From positions 726 through 64,725 of the forward strand of contig CAYQQO010000002.1 in assembly GCA_964420115.1 (NCBI GenBank): a DNA stretch of 64,000 bases, written 5' to 3'. This document shows positions 18,730 through 29,180 of the stretch, one piece after another. The notes beneath the pieces are model-generated. The model was given only the letters and a program-made list of their open reading frames with translations. It ran no database searches and was not told the DNA's origin. Source of the DNA: an uncultured Candidatus Saccharibacteria bacterium. Its GTDB lineage: Bacteria > Patescibacteriota > Minisyncoccia > Portnoybacterales > UBA2143. The position numbers were made by a program, and so were the translations under genes. Each line of letters begins with the position of its first letter. Within the stretch, counting starts at the first letter, position 1.

Positions 18730-19500
18730 ATGAAGAAAATAATTATTATCACCAGTATTATTATTTTAATAATCGGTGTTTATTTATGCATTAAGGCTTT
18801 CCCGGGAGAAAAAAAAGATTATACTGTTATCCCGGTAGTTAAAGGCGAGATTTCTCAAAATGTTTCAGTTGCCGGAACGGTTATTCCTTCCAAGGGAATA
18901 GATTTGCAATTTGAGCGTTCAGGCAGAATTAACAGCGTTGATATTGGAGTGGGAGACCATGTGGCAGCTGGCCAGCTCTTAATAGCATTAGATGCAGCTG
19001 AATTAAATGTTTAGCTTAAGGCTTATCAGGCCGCTTTGGATGTGGCTCAAGCTTCTTTAAATAAAACATTGACTGGCGCCAGAGAAGAGGATATCCAGAT
19101 TTATAGGACCAGAGTCGCTGACGCTGAAGTTGGTTTAGCTGTAAAAAAGCAAGGTTTAGTTGATACAAAAGAAGACGCTGATAATAATTTAGCGCAGGAC
19201 CATAAGGACATGGTTGGTGTTTTAGACGAAGCAGTGATAAAAACTGATGATGCCTTAAACAAGCAAATTGACCAGTTATTTGATGACGATAGTATTAATC
19301 CTGATTTGGCGTTTAATGTTTCTAATTCGCAGATAGAAATTGATGTTGAACGTGATAGATTGGTTTGCGCCAGCAGGTTGGAGCAAATGGAAGACGAAAT
19401 TAACTTATTGTTTGCCGCCGATTATAATGTCGTTGATACAGTTGCTGTTAATGCCCAGTCAGATTTAATCTTTATAAGAAATTTCTTTAATATTTTTTAG
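18730..19500 (+). pseudogene. HlyD-like periplasmic adaptor fragment interrupted by an in-frame TAG at 19012-19014
   Basis: ORFs 18730..19014 and 19036..19500 share a frame. Read-through gives ...LDAAELNV*LKAYQAALDVAQASLNKT..., a continuous HlyD-type coiled coil. The C-terminal beta-barrel expected of full-length adaptors is missing. Confidence 0.45.
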
Positions 19501-19642
19501 TAAACGCTTATTGGGCAGCTGTTGTTTTTTTATAAACTGTGAAAGCTGTTTTTTAATTATAAAAAATGGACAAATTTAAAAAAATGTGTAAAATAAAAAG
19601 AAAAAGTAAACACACACTAAATTTTTTTAAAAAAAATGGTGT

Positions 19643-21706
19643 GTGTGGGTAAATAATTTTCAGACAAGCAGGCGAAGCGGGCATTTTGAGAAAAGAAGGG
19701 GATTCTCAACCCGGTTTGTTTTGCTTAGTTTATCTATGTCGCTACCAGTTTATTTTTCTCTTACTGCGCCAGTAATTGCTCTTCTTTTTGCTGCTTTTTT
19801 AGCATGGCAGATAAAAAAGCAGGTTGTTGTTTCATCTAAGGTGGCTCATATTGGCCAGATAATTAAAGAAGGGGCAATGACTTTTTTAAATAGAGAATAC
19901 AGAATTCTTTTTATTTTTGTTTTAGTTATCACTGGCCTTTTATATTATTTCCTTAACGCGCAGACAGGACTGGCTTTTATAACTGGCGCTGTTTTAAGCG
20001 CTTTAGCCGGGCAAATTGGCATGAGAGTAGCTACTTTGGCAAATGTCAGAACTGCTGAAAAATTAAACAGAGACTTAAAATCAGGATTATTAGTCGCTTT
20101 TAACAGCGGTAGTGTTATGGCCTTGAGTGTGGTCGGATTAGGGCTTTTAGGTATTGTTAGTCTTTATTTAATTTTTAAAGAGCCGGTTATTATTTATGGT
20201 TTTGGCTTTGGCGCTTCAAGCGTTGCTTTGTTTGCCCGGGTAGGCGGCGGTATTTACACTAAAGCCGCTGATGTGGGCGCTGATTTGGTCGGCAAGGTTG
20301 AAAAGGGGATTCCTGAAGATGACCCCCGCAATCCGGCGACTATCGCTGATAATGTTGGTGATAATGTCGGTGATGTGGCTGGAATGGGGGCAGATCTTTT
20401 TGAAAGTTATGTAGATAGCATTATTGCCGCTATGGTTATTGGTTCTGTTGTGGCTATTGGCGACAAGGGGATTCTCCTGCCTATTGTTCTGGCCGCTGGC
20501 GGAATTATTGTTAGTTTAGTCAGTAATTTGTTTGTTAAAATGGGATCGGCTGGAGTAGAAAAAGGATCTGCCCATAACGTTTTAAACAGGGGGATTTGGT
20601 CGGCAACAATTCTAATGGCTCTTACTTCTTACGGTTTGATAAAATATTTGGGGTTTGGGATTGGTGTTTTTTATGCTTTTTTAACCGGTCTTTTATCCGG
20701 CTTGGTTATTGGTTTAGTGACAGAATATTTCACTTCGCATAAATATCGTTTTACAAGGCAGATCGCTAATTCCGCCCAAACAGGAGCTGGAACAAATATT
20801 ATTTCCGGCCTAGCTTTAGGTATGGCCAGCACAGTTGTCCCTGTTTTAGTAATCGGTACTGCTGTATTTCTTGCTTACCAATGGAGTCAGCTTTTTGGTA
20901 TTTCCATAGCCGCCGTCGGTATGCTTTCCACTTTAGGTATAACCTTAGCAACAGACACCTTTGGCCCGGTGGCGGATAATGCGGCTGGTATCGCTGAAAT
21001 GGCTGAAATGGGCAAAGAAACAAGAGAACGAGCAGAGGACTTGGACGCGGTTGGGAATACTACAGCGGCAATTGGCAAAGGGTTTGCTATTGGCGCGGCG
21101 GCTCTAACAGCCTTGGTTTTAATGGTTAGTTATGGCCAAGCAGTTAAATTACCTTTTGTTGATTTATTTAGTTATAGAGTGATAATTGGTCTGTTTTTAG
21201 GCGGACTGATGCCTTTTATTTTTTCTTCTTTTGCTCTTAAGGCGGTCGGCCGGGCGGCAATGGCTATGGTGGAAGAAGTGCGCCGCCAGTTTAAAACAAT
21301 TAAAGGTATTATGGAAGGGGAAAGACAGCCGGATTATGCCAGATGTGTTGATATCAGCACTAAGGCGGCTTTAAGAGAAATGATTTTACCAGGCGTTTTA
21401 AGTATTTTGGCTCCTGTTTTGGTTGGTTTTCTTTTAGGCCCCGATGCTTTGGCTGGTCTTTTGGCTGGCTCAATCGTTTCCGGCTTTTTACTGGCTGTGA
21501 CAATGGCCAATGCCGGAGGGGCTTGGGATAATGCTAAAAAATTTATTGAAACAGGACAGTTGGGGGGTAAGGGGTCAGAAGCGCATAAAGCGGCAGTGGT
21601 AGGTGATACTGTTGGTGATCCTTTAAAAGATACTGCCGGTCCATCGCTTAATATTTTATTAAAACTGATGGCTATTGTTGCTCTTATTATCGCCCCTTTG
21701 CTTTAA
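19643..21706 (+). CDS. hppA: membrane-bound pyrophosphate-energized ion pump (H+/Na+-PPase)
   Basis: [21 protein letters not shown] and [21 protein letters not shown] motifs; about 16 TM helices. The likely true start is ATG 19736 (MSLPVYF...). Confidence 0.9.
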   Translation: MWVNNFQTSRRSGHFEKRRGFSTRFVLLSLSMSLPVYFSLTAPVIALLFAAFLAWQIKKQVVVSSKVAHIGQIIKEGAMTFLNREYRILFIFVLVITGLLYYFLNAQTGLAFITGAVLSALAGQIGMRVATLANVRTAEKLNRDLKSGLLVAFNSGSVMALSVVGLGLLGIVSLYLIFKEPVIIYGFGFGASSVALFARVGGGIYTKAADVGADLVGKVEKGIPEDDPRNPATIADNVGDNVGDVAGMGADLFESYVDSIIAAMVIGSVVAIGDKGILLPIVLAAGGIIVSLVSNLFVKMGSAGVEKGSAHNVLNRGIWSATILMALTSYGLIKYLGFGIGVFYAFLTGLLSGLVIGLVTEYFTSHKYRFTRQIANSAQTGAGTNIISGLALGMASTVVPVLVIGTAVFLAYQWSQLFGISIAAVGMLSTLGITLATDTFGPVADNAAGIAEMAEMGKETRERAEDLDAVGNTTAAIGKGFAIGAAALTALVLMVSYGQAVKLPFVDLFSYRVIIGLFLGGLMPFIFSSFALKAVGRAAMAMVEEVRRQFKTIKGIMEGERQPDYARCVDISTKAALREMILPGVLSILAPVLVGFLLGPDALAGLLAGSIVSGFLLAVTMANAGGAWDNAKKFIETGQLGGKGSEAHKAAVVGDTVGDPLKDTAGPSLNILLKLMAIVALIIAPLL

Positions 21707-21712
21707 AGCTTA

Positions 21713-22453
21713 ATGAATATTTTTTTCTGGATTTTCCTGTCTACTTTTTTAATTAGTTTAATCTCTTTTTCAGGGGCGCTTGTTTTATTTTTAAGGGAAA
21801 AATTACTTGAAACAACTCTTCTGTGTTTGGTCGCTTTTTCAGCCGGCGCTTTAATGGGGACGGCTTTTCTGCATCTCTTGCCGGAAGCGGTTGAGGAAAC
21901 AGGCGGCAGTTTAACTGTTTTTCTCTATTTGATTATTGGCTTTACTCTTTTTTTTATTTTAGAACAATTTATTGGCTGGCATCATCATGATCAGCGTCAT
22001 CAACGGGCAAAATCCTTTTCCTATCTAATTTTAGTCAGCGACGCTCTTCATAATTTTATTGATGGATTGATTATTGCCGCTTCTTTTGTGATAGCTGTCC
22101 CTGTCGGCATTGCTACTGCTGTTGCGGTGGCTTTGCATGAAATACCGCAGGAAATAGGGGATTTTGGTATTTTAGTTTACGGAGGAATAGAAAAGATAAA
22201 AGCGCTTTTTCTTAATTTTTTCACTGCCATTACAGTGGTTTTTGGCGGCTTGGTTGGTTTTTTGCTGGCTGGAAAAATAGGCCAGTCAATTGTTTTTCTT
22301 CTTCCCTTTGCCGCCGGCAGTTTTGTCTATATTGCTTCATCTGATTTAATCCCGGAAATAAAACACAGAGGAGGCTCAAAAATGTCTATTATCCATTTTC
22401 TTTTCTTTGCAACTGGTTTAGTTTTGATGTTGGTTTTAAAGTTGTATGAATAA
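21713..22453 (+). CDS. zupT: ZIP family metal transporter
   Basis: HNFIDGLIIAASF and ALHEIPQEIGDFGIL ZIP signature motifs, plus a His-rich loop HHHDQRHQR. Confidence 0.8.
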   Translation: MNIFFWIFLSTFLISLISFSGALVLFLREKLLETTLLCLVAFSAGALMGTAFLHLLPEAVEETGGSLTVFLYLIIGFTLFFILEQFIGWHHHDQRHQRAKSFSYLILVSDALHNFIDGLIIAASFVIAVPVGIATAVAVALHEIPQEIGDFGILVYGGIEKIKALFLNFFTAITVVFGGLVGFLLAGKIGQSIVFLLPFAAGSFVYIASSDLIPEIKHRGGSKMSIIHFLFFATGLVLMLVLKLYE

Positions 22454-23078
22454 AAGAGACAAAGCGCTCAAAGAAATAAAGGAAGAGGTAATTAAATGCC
22501 GGAAATGCCTTCTTTATAAATCAAGGGCTTTGCCGGTGATAGGCGAAGGCAACCATCGGGCAAAAATAGTTTTAATTGGCGAGGCGCCGGGGGCAGAAGA
22601 ATCCAAAGCCGGCCGTCCTTTTTGCGGGCAAGCAGGCAGGGTTTTAGATGGTTTATTAGAATCAGCTGGTGTAAAAAGAAGAGATGTCTATATTGCCAAT
22701 ATTTTAAAAGATAGACCGCCGCAGAATCGCAACCCCCTGCCTAGTGAAATTACTGCTTGTACCCCATATCTTTTAAGGCAGATTAATATAATTAAGCCGA
22801 AGGTAATTGCTGCTTTGGGTAATTTTTCAACCTCTTTTATTATGAAAGAATACGGCTTAGAAGAAAAAATAGAAGGGATTAGCAAAATTCATGGGAGGTT
22901 TTTTGAAGTTGGAGCTCCTTTTGGCAAGATAAAAATAGTCCCTCTTTATCATCCGGCGGTAGCGGTATACAATAATTTAATGAGAGATGTCCTTGTAAAT
23001 GATTTTAAAATTTTAAGTAAATTAAATGGTCAAAAAAAATATTCCAAAAGTAGTCGTCGGATTGTCAGGCGGAGTTGA
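22446..23078 (+). CDS. uracil-DNA glycosylase, family 4
   Basis: CRKCLLYKSRALPVIGEG...IVLIGEAPGAEESKAGRPFCGQAG motif set of family-4 UDG. Confidence 0.85.
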   Translation: MNKRDKALKEIKEEVIKCRKCLLYKSRALPVIGEGNHRAKIVLIGEAPGAEESKAGRPFCGQAGRVLDGLLESAGVKRRDVYIANILKDRPPQNRNPLPSEITACTPYLLRQINIIKPKVIAALGNFSTSFIMKEYGLEEKIEGISKIHGRFFEVGAPFGKIKIVPLYHPAVAVYNNLMRDVLVNDFKILSKLNGQKKYSKSSRRIVRRS

Positions 23079-24123
23079 TTCTTCTGTTTCTTTGTTGTTG
23101 CTTAAAAAACAAGGATATCAGCCAATTGGAGTTTCTTTAAAATATTCTGCTTGGCAGAGTAAAAAAAATAAAATTCAGGAAAATAGCTGCTGTTCTAAGG
23201 AATCTTTTTCTATTGCAAAAAAAGTGTGCCAAAAATTAAAAGTTCCTTATCATATTGTTGACTGCCGTGTTGATTTTAAGGAAAAAGTTATTGGTTATTT
23301 TATAAAACTTTTAAAAAAGAAAAAGACACCCAGTCCCTGCCTTATCTGCAATCGTTTAGTTAAGTTTAAGGAGCTGTTTACTTTTGCTAAAATGAGAGGC
23401 GCTGATTATGTGGCAACAGGCCATTACGCAAGAGTGAAAAGAAACAAGGGAGGCGCATACGAGCTTTTAAGAGCAAAAGACAAAACCAAAGACCAAAGCT
23501 ATTTTCTTTGTCTTTTAACCCAAAAACATCTTTCAAAAACAATTTTTCCTTTGGGTGGTTATACCAAAGAAGAGGTTTATCAGATTGCTAAAAAAGAAGG
23601 TTTTAAATTTTTTGAAAAAAAGAAACAAAGCCAGGATTTATGTTTTGTCTCTCGGCAATCAATGCCACATTTTTTAGAAGAAAAAATAGGTTTTCAGCTG
23701 GGAGAAATTATTGATAAAAAAGGAAATATTTTAGGCCGGCATCAGGGACTTCATTTCTACACCATAGGGCAGAGAAAAAAAATTTCTTTAGTTGGCGGAC
23801 CATGGTGGGTAATTGGCTATAATAAAAAGAAAAATCAGTTAATTGTCACCAATAACCAAAATGACCCAGCTCTTTCAGGTAAAAGTGTTATTCTCTCTAA
23901 TTGTCATTTTGTTTCCGGCTTTCCTCCTAAAAAATCAATTAATGTCAAAGCTAAGACAAGAGTTGGTCAAAAATTGGCAGAGGCAAAATTATACCCTCTT
24001 CAAAAAAAGAAAATTAAATTAGTTTTTGAGTCTTCCCAAAAAGCAATTACTCCGGGCCAATGGGCTGTTTTTTATAAGGATAATGTCTGTTTGGGGGGAG
24101 GGTTAATTGAAAAATCTTTTTAA
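23026..24123 (+). CDS. mnmA: tRNA-specific 2-thiouridylase
   Basis: PP-loop VVVGLSGGVDSS; conserved cysteines and length fit MnmA. Confidence 0.85.
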   Translation: MVKKNIPKVVVGLSGGVDSSVSLLLLKKQGYQPIGVSLKYSAWQSKKNKIQENSCCSKESFSIAKKVCQKLKVPYHIVDCRVDFKEKVIGYFIKLLKKKKTPSPCLICNRLVKFKELFTFAKMRGADYVATGHYARVKRNKGGAYELLRAKDKTKDQSYFLCLLTQKHLSKTIFPLGGYTKEEVYQIAKKEGFKFFEKKKQSQDLCFVSRQSMPHFLEEKIGFQLGEIIDKKGNILGRHQGLHFYTIGQRKKISLVGGPWWVIGYNKKKNQLIVTNNQNDPALSGKSVILSNCHFVSGFPPKKSINVKAKTRVGQKLAEAKLYPLQKKKIKLVFESSQKAITPGQWAVFYKDNVCLGGGLIEKSF

Positions 24124-25376
24124 GTGACCATAAAAAAAATTATTATTTTTCTTTTAATAGCCGCTTTTTTTCTTAATTTAGCTGATTTTGCTTTGGCCCA
24201 AGAAAGGCCGGTTCAAGAAAAGGAAGTTAATTTACACTTTTTTTACGGGAGCACCTGTCCTCATTGTAAAAAAGCAGAGGCATTTTTAGAGAAAATAGAA
24301 GCTAAATATCCCTTACTTGAAATAGAAAGATACGAGGTTTATGCCAATAAAGAAAATGCTCAGCTTCTTTCTGATATTTTTGAGTCCTGTCAGGAGCCCG
24401 GTCCGCCAAGAGTGCCAGCTATTTTTATCGGCGGCGAAGTGATTGTCGGTTATTTGGGCGACCAGACAACAGGTAGACAGATTGAAGAAGCTGTTAAAGA
24501 TTGTTTGGCAAATGAATGTCTTGACCCTTTGGCTAATATTAATGAGTGCGCTTTGTGCCAGTGCCAAGAAGGAGAAGAATGTCCTTGTCAGGAATGTGAT
24601 TGTCAGCCAAAAGAGATGGGAGACCAAATCATTGACTATCCAATAATAGGGGAAATTAACCTTTCTGAATTATCTCTGCCTGCTTTGACTGTTGTTTTAG
24701 CCAGCTTGGACGGCTTTAACCCTGCGCTATGTGGGTTCCCTTATTTTTAATCGCCCTTTTGATTAATGTAGGTTCACGCAGAAAAATATGGCTTATCGGC
24801 GGAACATTTATTCTTGTTTCTAGTATTGTTTACTACTTGCTTTTAACCGCTTGGCTTAATTTATTTTTAGCTATTAGTTATGTCACCGCTACCAGAATTA
24901 TTATTGGCACAGCTGCTTTATTAGCCGGTTTTTGGCAAATAAGAAAGTTTTTAAAATACAAACTAGGCGTTTGCGAGGTAACGCCTATTGGCACAAAGCG
25001 GCATGAGCGTTTAGTCCAAAAAATAAAAGAGGTGGTTAGTTCAAGAGCATTGCCAGCTAGCTTTTTGGGAGTAGTTGCTTTAGCTTTTGGCGTTAATATA
25101 ATTGAATTTTTTTGTTCAGCCGGTCTGCCTGCTGTTTACACCCGCATATTAAGTTTGAGCGATTTGGGCGCTTTAACTTATTATTTATATCTTTTGCTCT
25201 ACACTTTTGTTTTTATGCTTGATGATTTAATAATTTTTGGCATCGCCATAATAACGTTGCGGCAAATTGGTTTTACAGAAAAATATCAGAAGTGGAATAT
25301 GTTAATTGGCGGTCTTGTTATTCTTTTTCTCGGGCTGGTGCTTCTTTTCAAGCCGGACTTTTTAGTTTTTGGATAA
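24124..25376 (+). pseudogene. paralog of the thioredoxin::CcdA-like fusion, split by a -1 frameshift near 24721
   Basis: ORFs 24124..24750 and 24729..25376 align colinearly with the 2826..4058 protein: Trx CPHC, a Cys-rich linker CALCQCQEGEECPCQECDCQ, LDGFNP|CAMW and CSAGLPAVYT. Relative to the paralog, one nt is missing in AACCCTGCG (a C-tract), which breaks the frame exactly at the NPC motif. Confidence 0.5.
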
Positions 25377-25407
25377 AAGAGCAAAAGAAATTTTGCTCAA
25401 TTCGTTT

Positions 25408-25468
25408 AGCCCTGATCAAGGTTTTGCCTGCCCAGAAAAACGGCGAACCTTGGTCAGGGCTTTTTTTA
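25408..25468 (+). terminator. long-stem rho-independent terminator
   Basis: AGCCCTGATCAAGG...CCTTGGTCAGGGCT (14-bp stem) followed by TTTTTTT. Confidence 0.7.
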
Positions 25469-25524
25469 TTTTTATAATTTAAAAGTGGATTTTCAATAAA
25501 GTATTTTTTTGGTAGAATAAAAAT

Positions 25525-26871
25525 ATGTCTATAGATAGAAGTATTTTTAGAGCTTATGATATTCGGGGTAAATATCCCGACCAGATAAACGAAGAAACCG
25601 TTTATAAAATTGGCCGTGTTTTTGTTGGGTTTTTAAAAACAGACGAGGTGATTGTCGGCCGCGACGTCAGAGAATCCGCCCCGGCTCTTTTTGAATCTTT
25701 AGTTAGGGGGATTATTGAAGCTGGCGCTAATGTTATTGATATCGGGCAAGTCAGCATTGGCGCTTTGTATTTTGCTTCGGGTAAATTGGACAAACCGGCT
25801 ATTATGATAACCGGTTCTCATTTAGGGAAAGAGTATAATGGTTTAAAATTATGCCGCAACGGGGCAGAGCCGATTGGCCGGGGGGGGGAGCTGGAAGAGA
25901 TTTGCAAAATAGCTTATAAATATGAATCATTAGAAAAAAAAGAATCAGTTCAAGGGAGAGTTATTGAAGAAAATATTTTAAAGGATTATATTCCTCATGT
26001 TCTAAGTTTTGTTGATAAAAATTCTTTAAAGCCATTTAATGTGTCTATTGATGCTGGCAATGGTGTAGCCGGCAAAATAGTTCCTTTGGTTTTTAATGAT
26101 TTACCTTTTAAAATCGCCCCTTTGTATTTTGAACTGGATGGATCTTTTCCTCATCATTTACCTAACCCAAAAGAGCTGGCTAATTTGGCTGATTTACAAA
26201 AAACAGTTTTATCAGAAAAATCTGATTTAGGTATGGCTTTTGATGGCGATGGAGACAGAGTCTTTTTTGTGGATGAGAAGGGGAAAGCGATAAGAAGTTC
26301 TTTAATTATATCTCTTTTAGTTGAGGAAATTCTTAAGAGAAGTCCGGCAGTGAAGATAGTCTATAATGTTTCCTGCGGCAGAATTGTCAAAGAAACAATT
26401 GAAAAAAATGGGGGAGACCCAATTATAGAAAAAGTAGGACATTCTTTTATTAAGGCAAAAATGAAAGAATGCGGAGCTGTTTTCGGCGGCGAAGCGTCAG
26501 GCCATTATTATTTTAAAGAAAACTTTAGGGCGGAAAGCGGGGCAATCGTCGCTTTAATGGTTTTAGAAATTCTTTCTAAAAAAGAAAAGTCATTTTCAGA
26601 AATTTTAAAACCTTTTGATAAATATTTTGCTATTGAGGAGCATAATTTTAAGACGGAGGATAAGGATGGAGTTATTAGGAGGCTTGAGAAAAATTACGCC
26701 AACGCCGTAATTTCTCATTTAGACGGCTTGAGCGTTGAATGCCCCGACTGGTGGTTTAATATTAGGCCTTCCAATACCGAACCACTTTTGCGTCTTAATT
26801 TAGAGGCGAAGAATAAAAAAATATTGGACGATAAATTCGCCGAGATAAATTGGTTAGTAAGGAAGAAATGA
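25525..26871 (+). CDS. phosphomannomutase/phosphoglucomutase (alpha-D-phosphohexomutase family)
   Basis: Active-site loop ITGSHLGKEYNGLK, metal loop FDGDGDRVFF and sugar-binding GEASGHYYF. An extended -10 (TGgTAGAAT) lies upstream. Confidence 0.8.
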   Translation: MSIDRSIFRAYDIRGKYPDQINEETVYKIGRVFVGFLKTDEVIVGRDVRESAPALFESLVRGIIEAGANVIDIGQVSIGALYFASGKLDKPAIMITGSHLGKEYNGLKLCRNGAEPIGRGGELEEICKIAYKYESLEKKESVQGRVIEENILKDYIPHVLSFVDKNSLKPFNVSIDAGNGVAGKIVPLVFNDLPFKIAPLYFELDGSFPHHLPNPKELANLADLQKTVLSEKSDLGMAFDGDGDRVFFVDEKGKAIRSSLIISLLVEEILKRSPAVKIVYNVSCGRIVKETIEKNGGDPIIEKVGHSFIKAKMKECGAVFGGEASGHYYFKENFRAESGAIVALMVLEILSKKEKSFSEILKPFDKYFAIEEHNFKTEDKDGVIRRLEKNYANAVISHLDGLSVECPDWWFNIRPSNTEPLLRLNLEAKNKKILDDKFAEINWLVRKK

Positions 26872-26872
26872 C

Positions 26873-26899
26873 AAAACCGCTCAAAATGAGCGGTTTTTT
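26873..26899. terminator. bidirectional rho-independent terminator
   Basis: AAAACCGCTC-aaaat-GAGCGGTTTTTT between convergent genes. Confidence 0.8.
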
Positions 26900-26921
26900 A
26901 TTGTGACGGTTTTTACGGGGT

Positions 26922-27917
26922 CTATATCAGTCCCATTTTTTGTTTTACTTCCTTTATTGTTTTTTGGGCAATAGGCCTTGCTTTTTTAGCGCCGTTTTCT
27001 AATATTTTCTTAATTTTATCAGGGTTCTTTTCCAGTATTTTTTTCTTTTCCTGGAATGGTTTTAATTTCTTGATTATTATCTCAGCCAAATCATTTTTAA
27101 AGTCGCCATATCCCTTGTTTTTGTATTTTTTTTCAATCCTATCGTATGAAAGTCCAGAAAAAGACGAATAAATAGAGATTAAATTGGAAATAGCTGGTTT
27201 TTTAGGGCCGTGTTTGATTTCGCTCCCTGAATCTGTTACTGCTTTTTTAACTTTTTCTCTTATTACAGAAGGAGAGTCAGTTAGAAAAAGGCATCCTTGG
27301 GGAATGCTTTTAGACATTTTCTGGCTTGGTTCTGCCAAGGACATTATTCTGGCGAGTGTTTTATGGATGTCAGCTTCAGGAACAACAAATATTTTGCCAT
27401 GTTGATTATTGAATTTTCTGGCAATAGTCCTTGTTAGTTCTATGTGCTGTTTTTGGTCTTCGCCGACAGGGACTAAATTAGTTTTGTAAAGTAATATATC
27501 AGCGGCCATTAAAACAGGATAATTAAAAAGGCCCATATTAATATTTTTTTTGAATTGCTTTGCCTTGTCTTTAAGTTGGGTCATTCTTTCCAATTCAGCA
27601 ATAGGAGTGATTGTATTTAAAAGCCAAGTTAATTCTGTGTGTTCGGGAATATGTGATTGGACAAAAAGAATGCATTTTTTAGGGCTAAGCCCGACTGCTA
27701 AATAGGTGGTTGCCAGATCAAAAATATTTTTCTGCATATTTGGTGATGAATCAGGATTGGTTAAGGCGTGCAGGTCAACAATGCAAAAAATTGAATCATA
27801 TTTATTCTGAAGGGCAACCCAGTTTTTAATAGCCCCTAAGTAGTTGCCAATATGGATAGAGCCGGTTGGCTGAATGCCGCTAAATATTCTTTTTTTCATT
27901 TTTTTCTTTTTTGGCAA
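26922..27917 (-). CDS. trpS: tryptophan--tRNA ligase
   Basis: HIGH-type motif TGSIHIGN and KMSKS; class I TrpS size and architecture. Confidence 0.9.
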   Translation of the reverse strand: MPKKKKMKKRIFSGIQPTGSIHIGNYLGAIKNWVALQNKYDSIFCIVDLHALTNPDSSPNMQKNIFDLATTYLAVGLSPKKCILFVQSHIPEHTELTWLLNTITPIAELERMTQLKDKAKQFKKNINMGLFNYPVLMAADILLYKTNLVPVGEDQKQHIELTRTIARKFNNQHGKIFVVPEADIHKTLARIMSLAEPSQKMSKSIPQGCLFLTDSPSVIREKVKKAVTDSGSEIKHGPKKPAISNLISIYSSFSGLSYDRIEKKYKNKGYGDFKNDLAEIIIKKLKPFQEKKKILEKNPDKIKKILENGAKKARPIAQKTIKEVKQKMGLI

Positions 27918-28623
27918 ATGCCTTAATGATCGGTTTTAAATCGCCGTCAATAATTTTGTCCAATTGATGCCACGATTTATTAATTCTGTGGTCGGTGATT
28001 CTGTTCTGGGGGAAATTATATGTCCTTATCTTTTCCGCGCGCATAGAAGAACCGATTTGCTGGCGTCTTTGGTCTCCCAAGCGAGCCATTTCTTCAGCTT
28101 TTTTTTTTGCCAATAATCGCGCCCTTAACACTTTCATTGCTCTTTCTTTGTTGGCTTGTTGTGTTCTTTCTTCCTGACAGAAAACCATTATGCCTGTTGG
28201 TCTATGGGTAATTCTGACAGCTGATTCGCGGCGGTTGACATATTGGCCGCCTGGCCCCGAAGCGCGCAAAACATCAATTTTAATATCGTTCGGGTTAATT
28301 TTTATTTCCGTCTCGCTTGCTTCCGGTAGAACTACCACTGAAGCAGTGGAGGTATGGGTGCGTCCTGATTTTTCAGTTGTCGGGATGCGTTGGACGCGAT
28401 GGACGCCGGCCTCCTGCTTTAGTTTTTCATAAGCATTATCTCCCTTTATTTCAAAAACTATTTCCCTATAACCATTCAGGGCTGATTGATGGCTTTCCAG
28501 TTTTGTTGTTTCCCAGTTGTTTTTTTCGGCAAAACGGGAATACATCCTGAAAAGATTAGCGGCAAAAAGAGCAGCTTCTTCACCGCCTGTCCCAGCCCTT
28601 ATTTCTATAATAGTCCCCTTCAT
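27880..28623 (-). CDS. prfA: peptide chain release factor 1 lacking N-terminal domain 1
   Basis: PTT tripeptide in the ...[17 protein letters not shown] context (RF1 PxT rather than RF2 SPF) and a GGQ motif. The protein starts at the region equivalent to E. coli RF1 residue ~100. The start overlaps the rpmE stop. Confidence 0.8.
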   Translation of the reverse strand: MKGTIIEIRAGTGGEEAALFAANLFRMYSRFAEKNNWETTKLESHQSALNGYREIVFEIKGDNAYEKLKQEAGVHRVQRIPTTEKSGRTHTSTASVVVLPEASETEIKINPNDIKIDVLRASGPGGQYVNRRESAVRITHRPTGIMVFCQEERTQQANKERAMKVLRARLLAKKKAEEMARLGDQRRQQIGSSMRAEKIRTYNFPQNRITDHRINKSWHQLDKIIDGDLKPIIKAFAKKEKNEKKNI

Positions 28624-28859
28624 TTTTGTTTCTTTGGTTTAAGGCCCAGTTTGCCACTGCGCTTGGCTAATCTTTTTCTGAATTTTTCTACCTGGCCTGT
28701 TTCAATAATTTTTTCTTTGCCAGTGTAAAAAGGATGGCAGGCAGAGCAAATTTCTACGCTCATCTCCGGCTGGTGGGTAGAGCCAATTTTAAAAACAGCC
28801 CCGCAGGCGCACTTAATTTTAGCGTCGTTATAATATTTGGGATGAATATCTTTTTTCAT
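28620..28859 (-). CDS. rpmE: 50S ribosomal protein L31
   Basis: [10 protein letters not shown]...CACGAVF...[10 protein letters not shown]: classical zinc-ribbon L31. Confidence 0.9.
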   Translation of the reverse strand: MKKDIHPKYYNDAKIKCACGAVFKIGSTHQPEMSVEICSACHPFYTGKEKIIETGQVEKFRKRLAKRSGKLGLKPKKQK

Positions 28860-28908
28860 TGTTTTTTATCATAGCAGATTAGGATTAAATAGGCAAGTAT
28901 AAAAGGCG

Positions 28909-28937
28909 TTGACAAAAGAGCGCGAGCAAAGTATATT
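28909..28937 (+). promoter_or_regulatory. sigma70-like promoter TTGACA-N17-TATATT
   Basis: Read directly; oriented toward the small ORF at 29014. Confidence 0.45.
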
Positions 28938-29013
28938 ATTAAAGGTTCTTAAAACAAGATGTAATAGATGAGTAAGATAGCAGGTAAATAACAACGAAAA
29001 AAGGAGGAGGAGA

Positions 29014-29175
29014 ATGGGGCTTGCGACTGCAAAGAAGAAAAAGAGAACAGCGAGAAAAAAGAAAACAAAAGAGGTTAAAACAGGAACTAGGACGGGGACA
29101 AAAAAGATAAAACAGACAAGGGTAAATTTGCGCTGTGAGCCAGTCATTTGTTTGGCTGGCTCTTTTCTTAACTAA
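29014..29175 (+). CDS. candidate small, highly basic protein (53 aa)
   Basis: GGAGGAGGAGA precedes ATG 29014. Translation: MGLATAKKKKRTARKKKTKEVKTGTRTGTKKIKQTRVNLRCEPVICLAGSFLN. Flanked by its own promoter and terminator. Confidence 0.3.
   Translation: MGLATAKKKKRTARKKKTKEVKTGTRTGTKKIKQTRVNLRCEPVICLAGSFLN
29137..29169 (+). terminator. rho-independent terminator
   Basis: GAGCCAG-(12-nt loop)-CTGGCTC followed by TTTTCTT. Confidence 0.55.
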
Positions 29176-29180
29176 AAATA

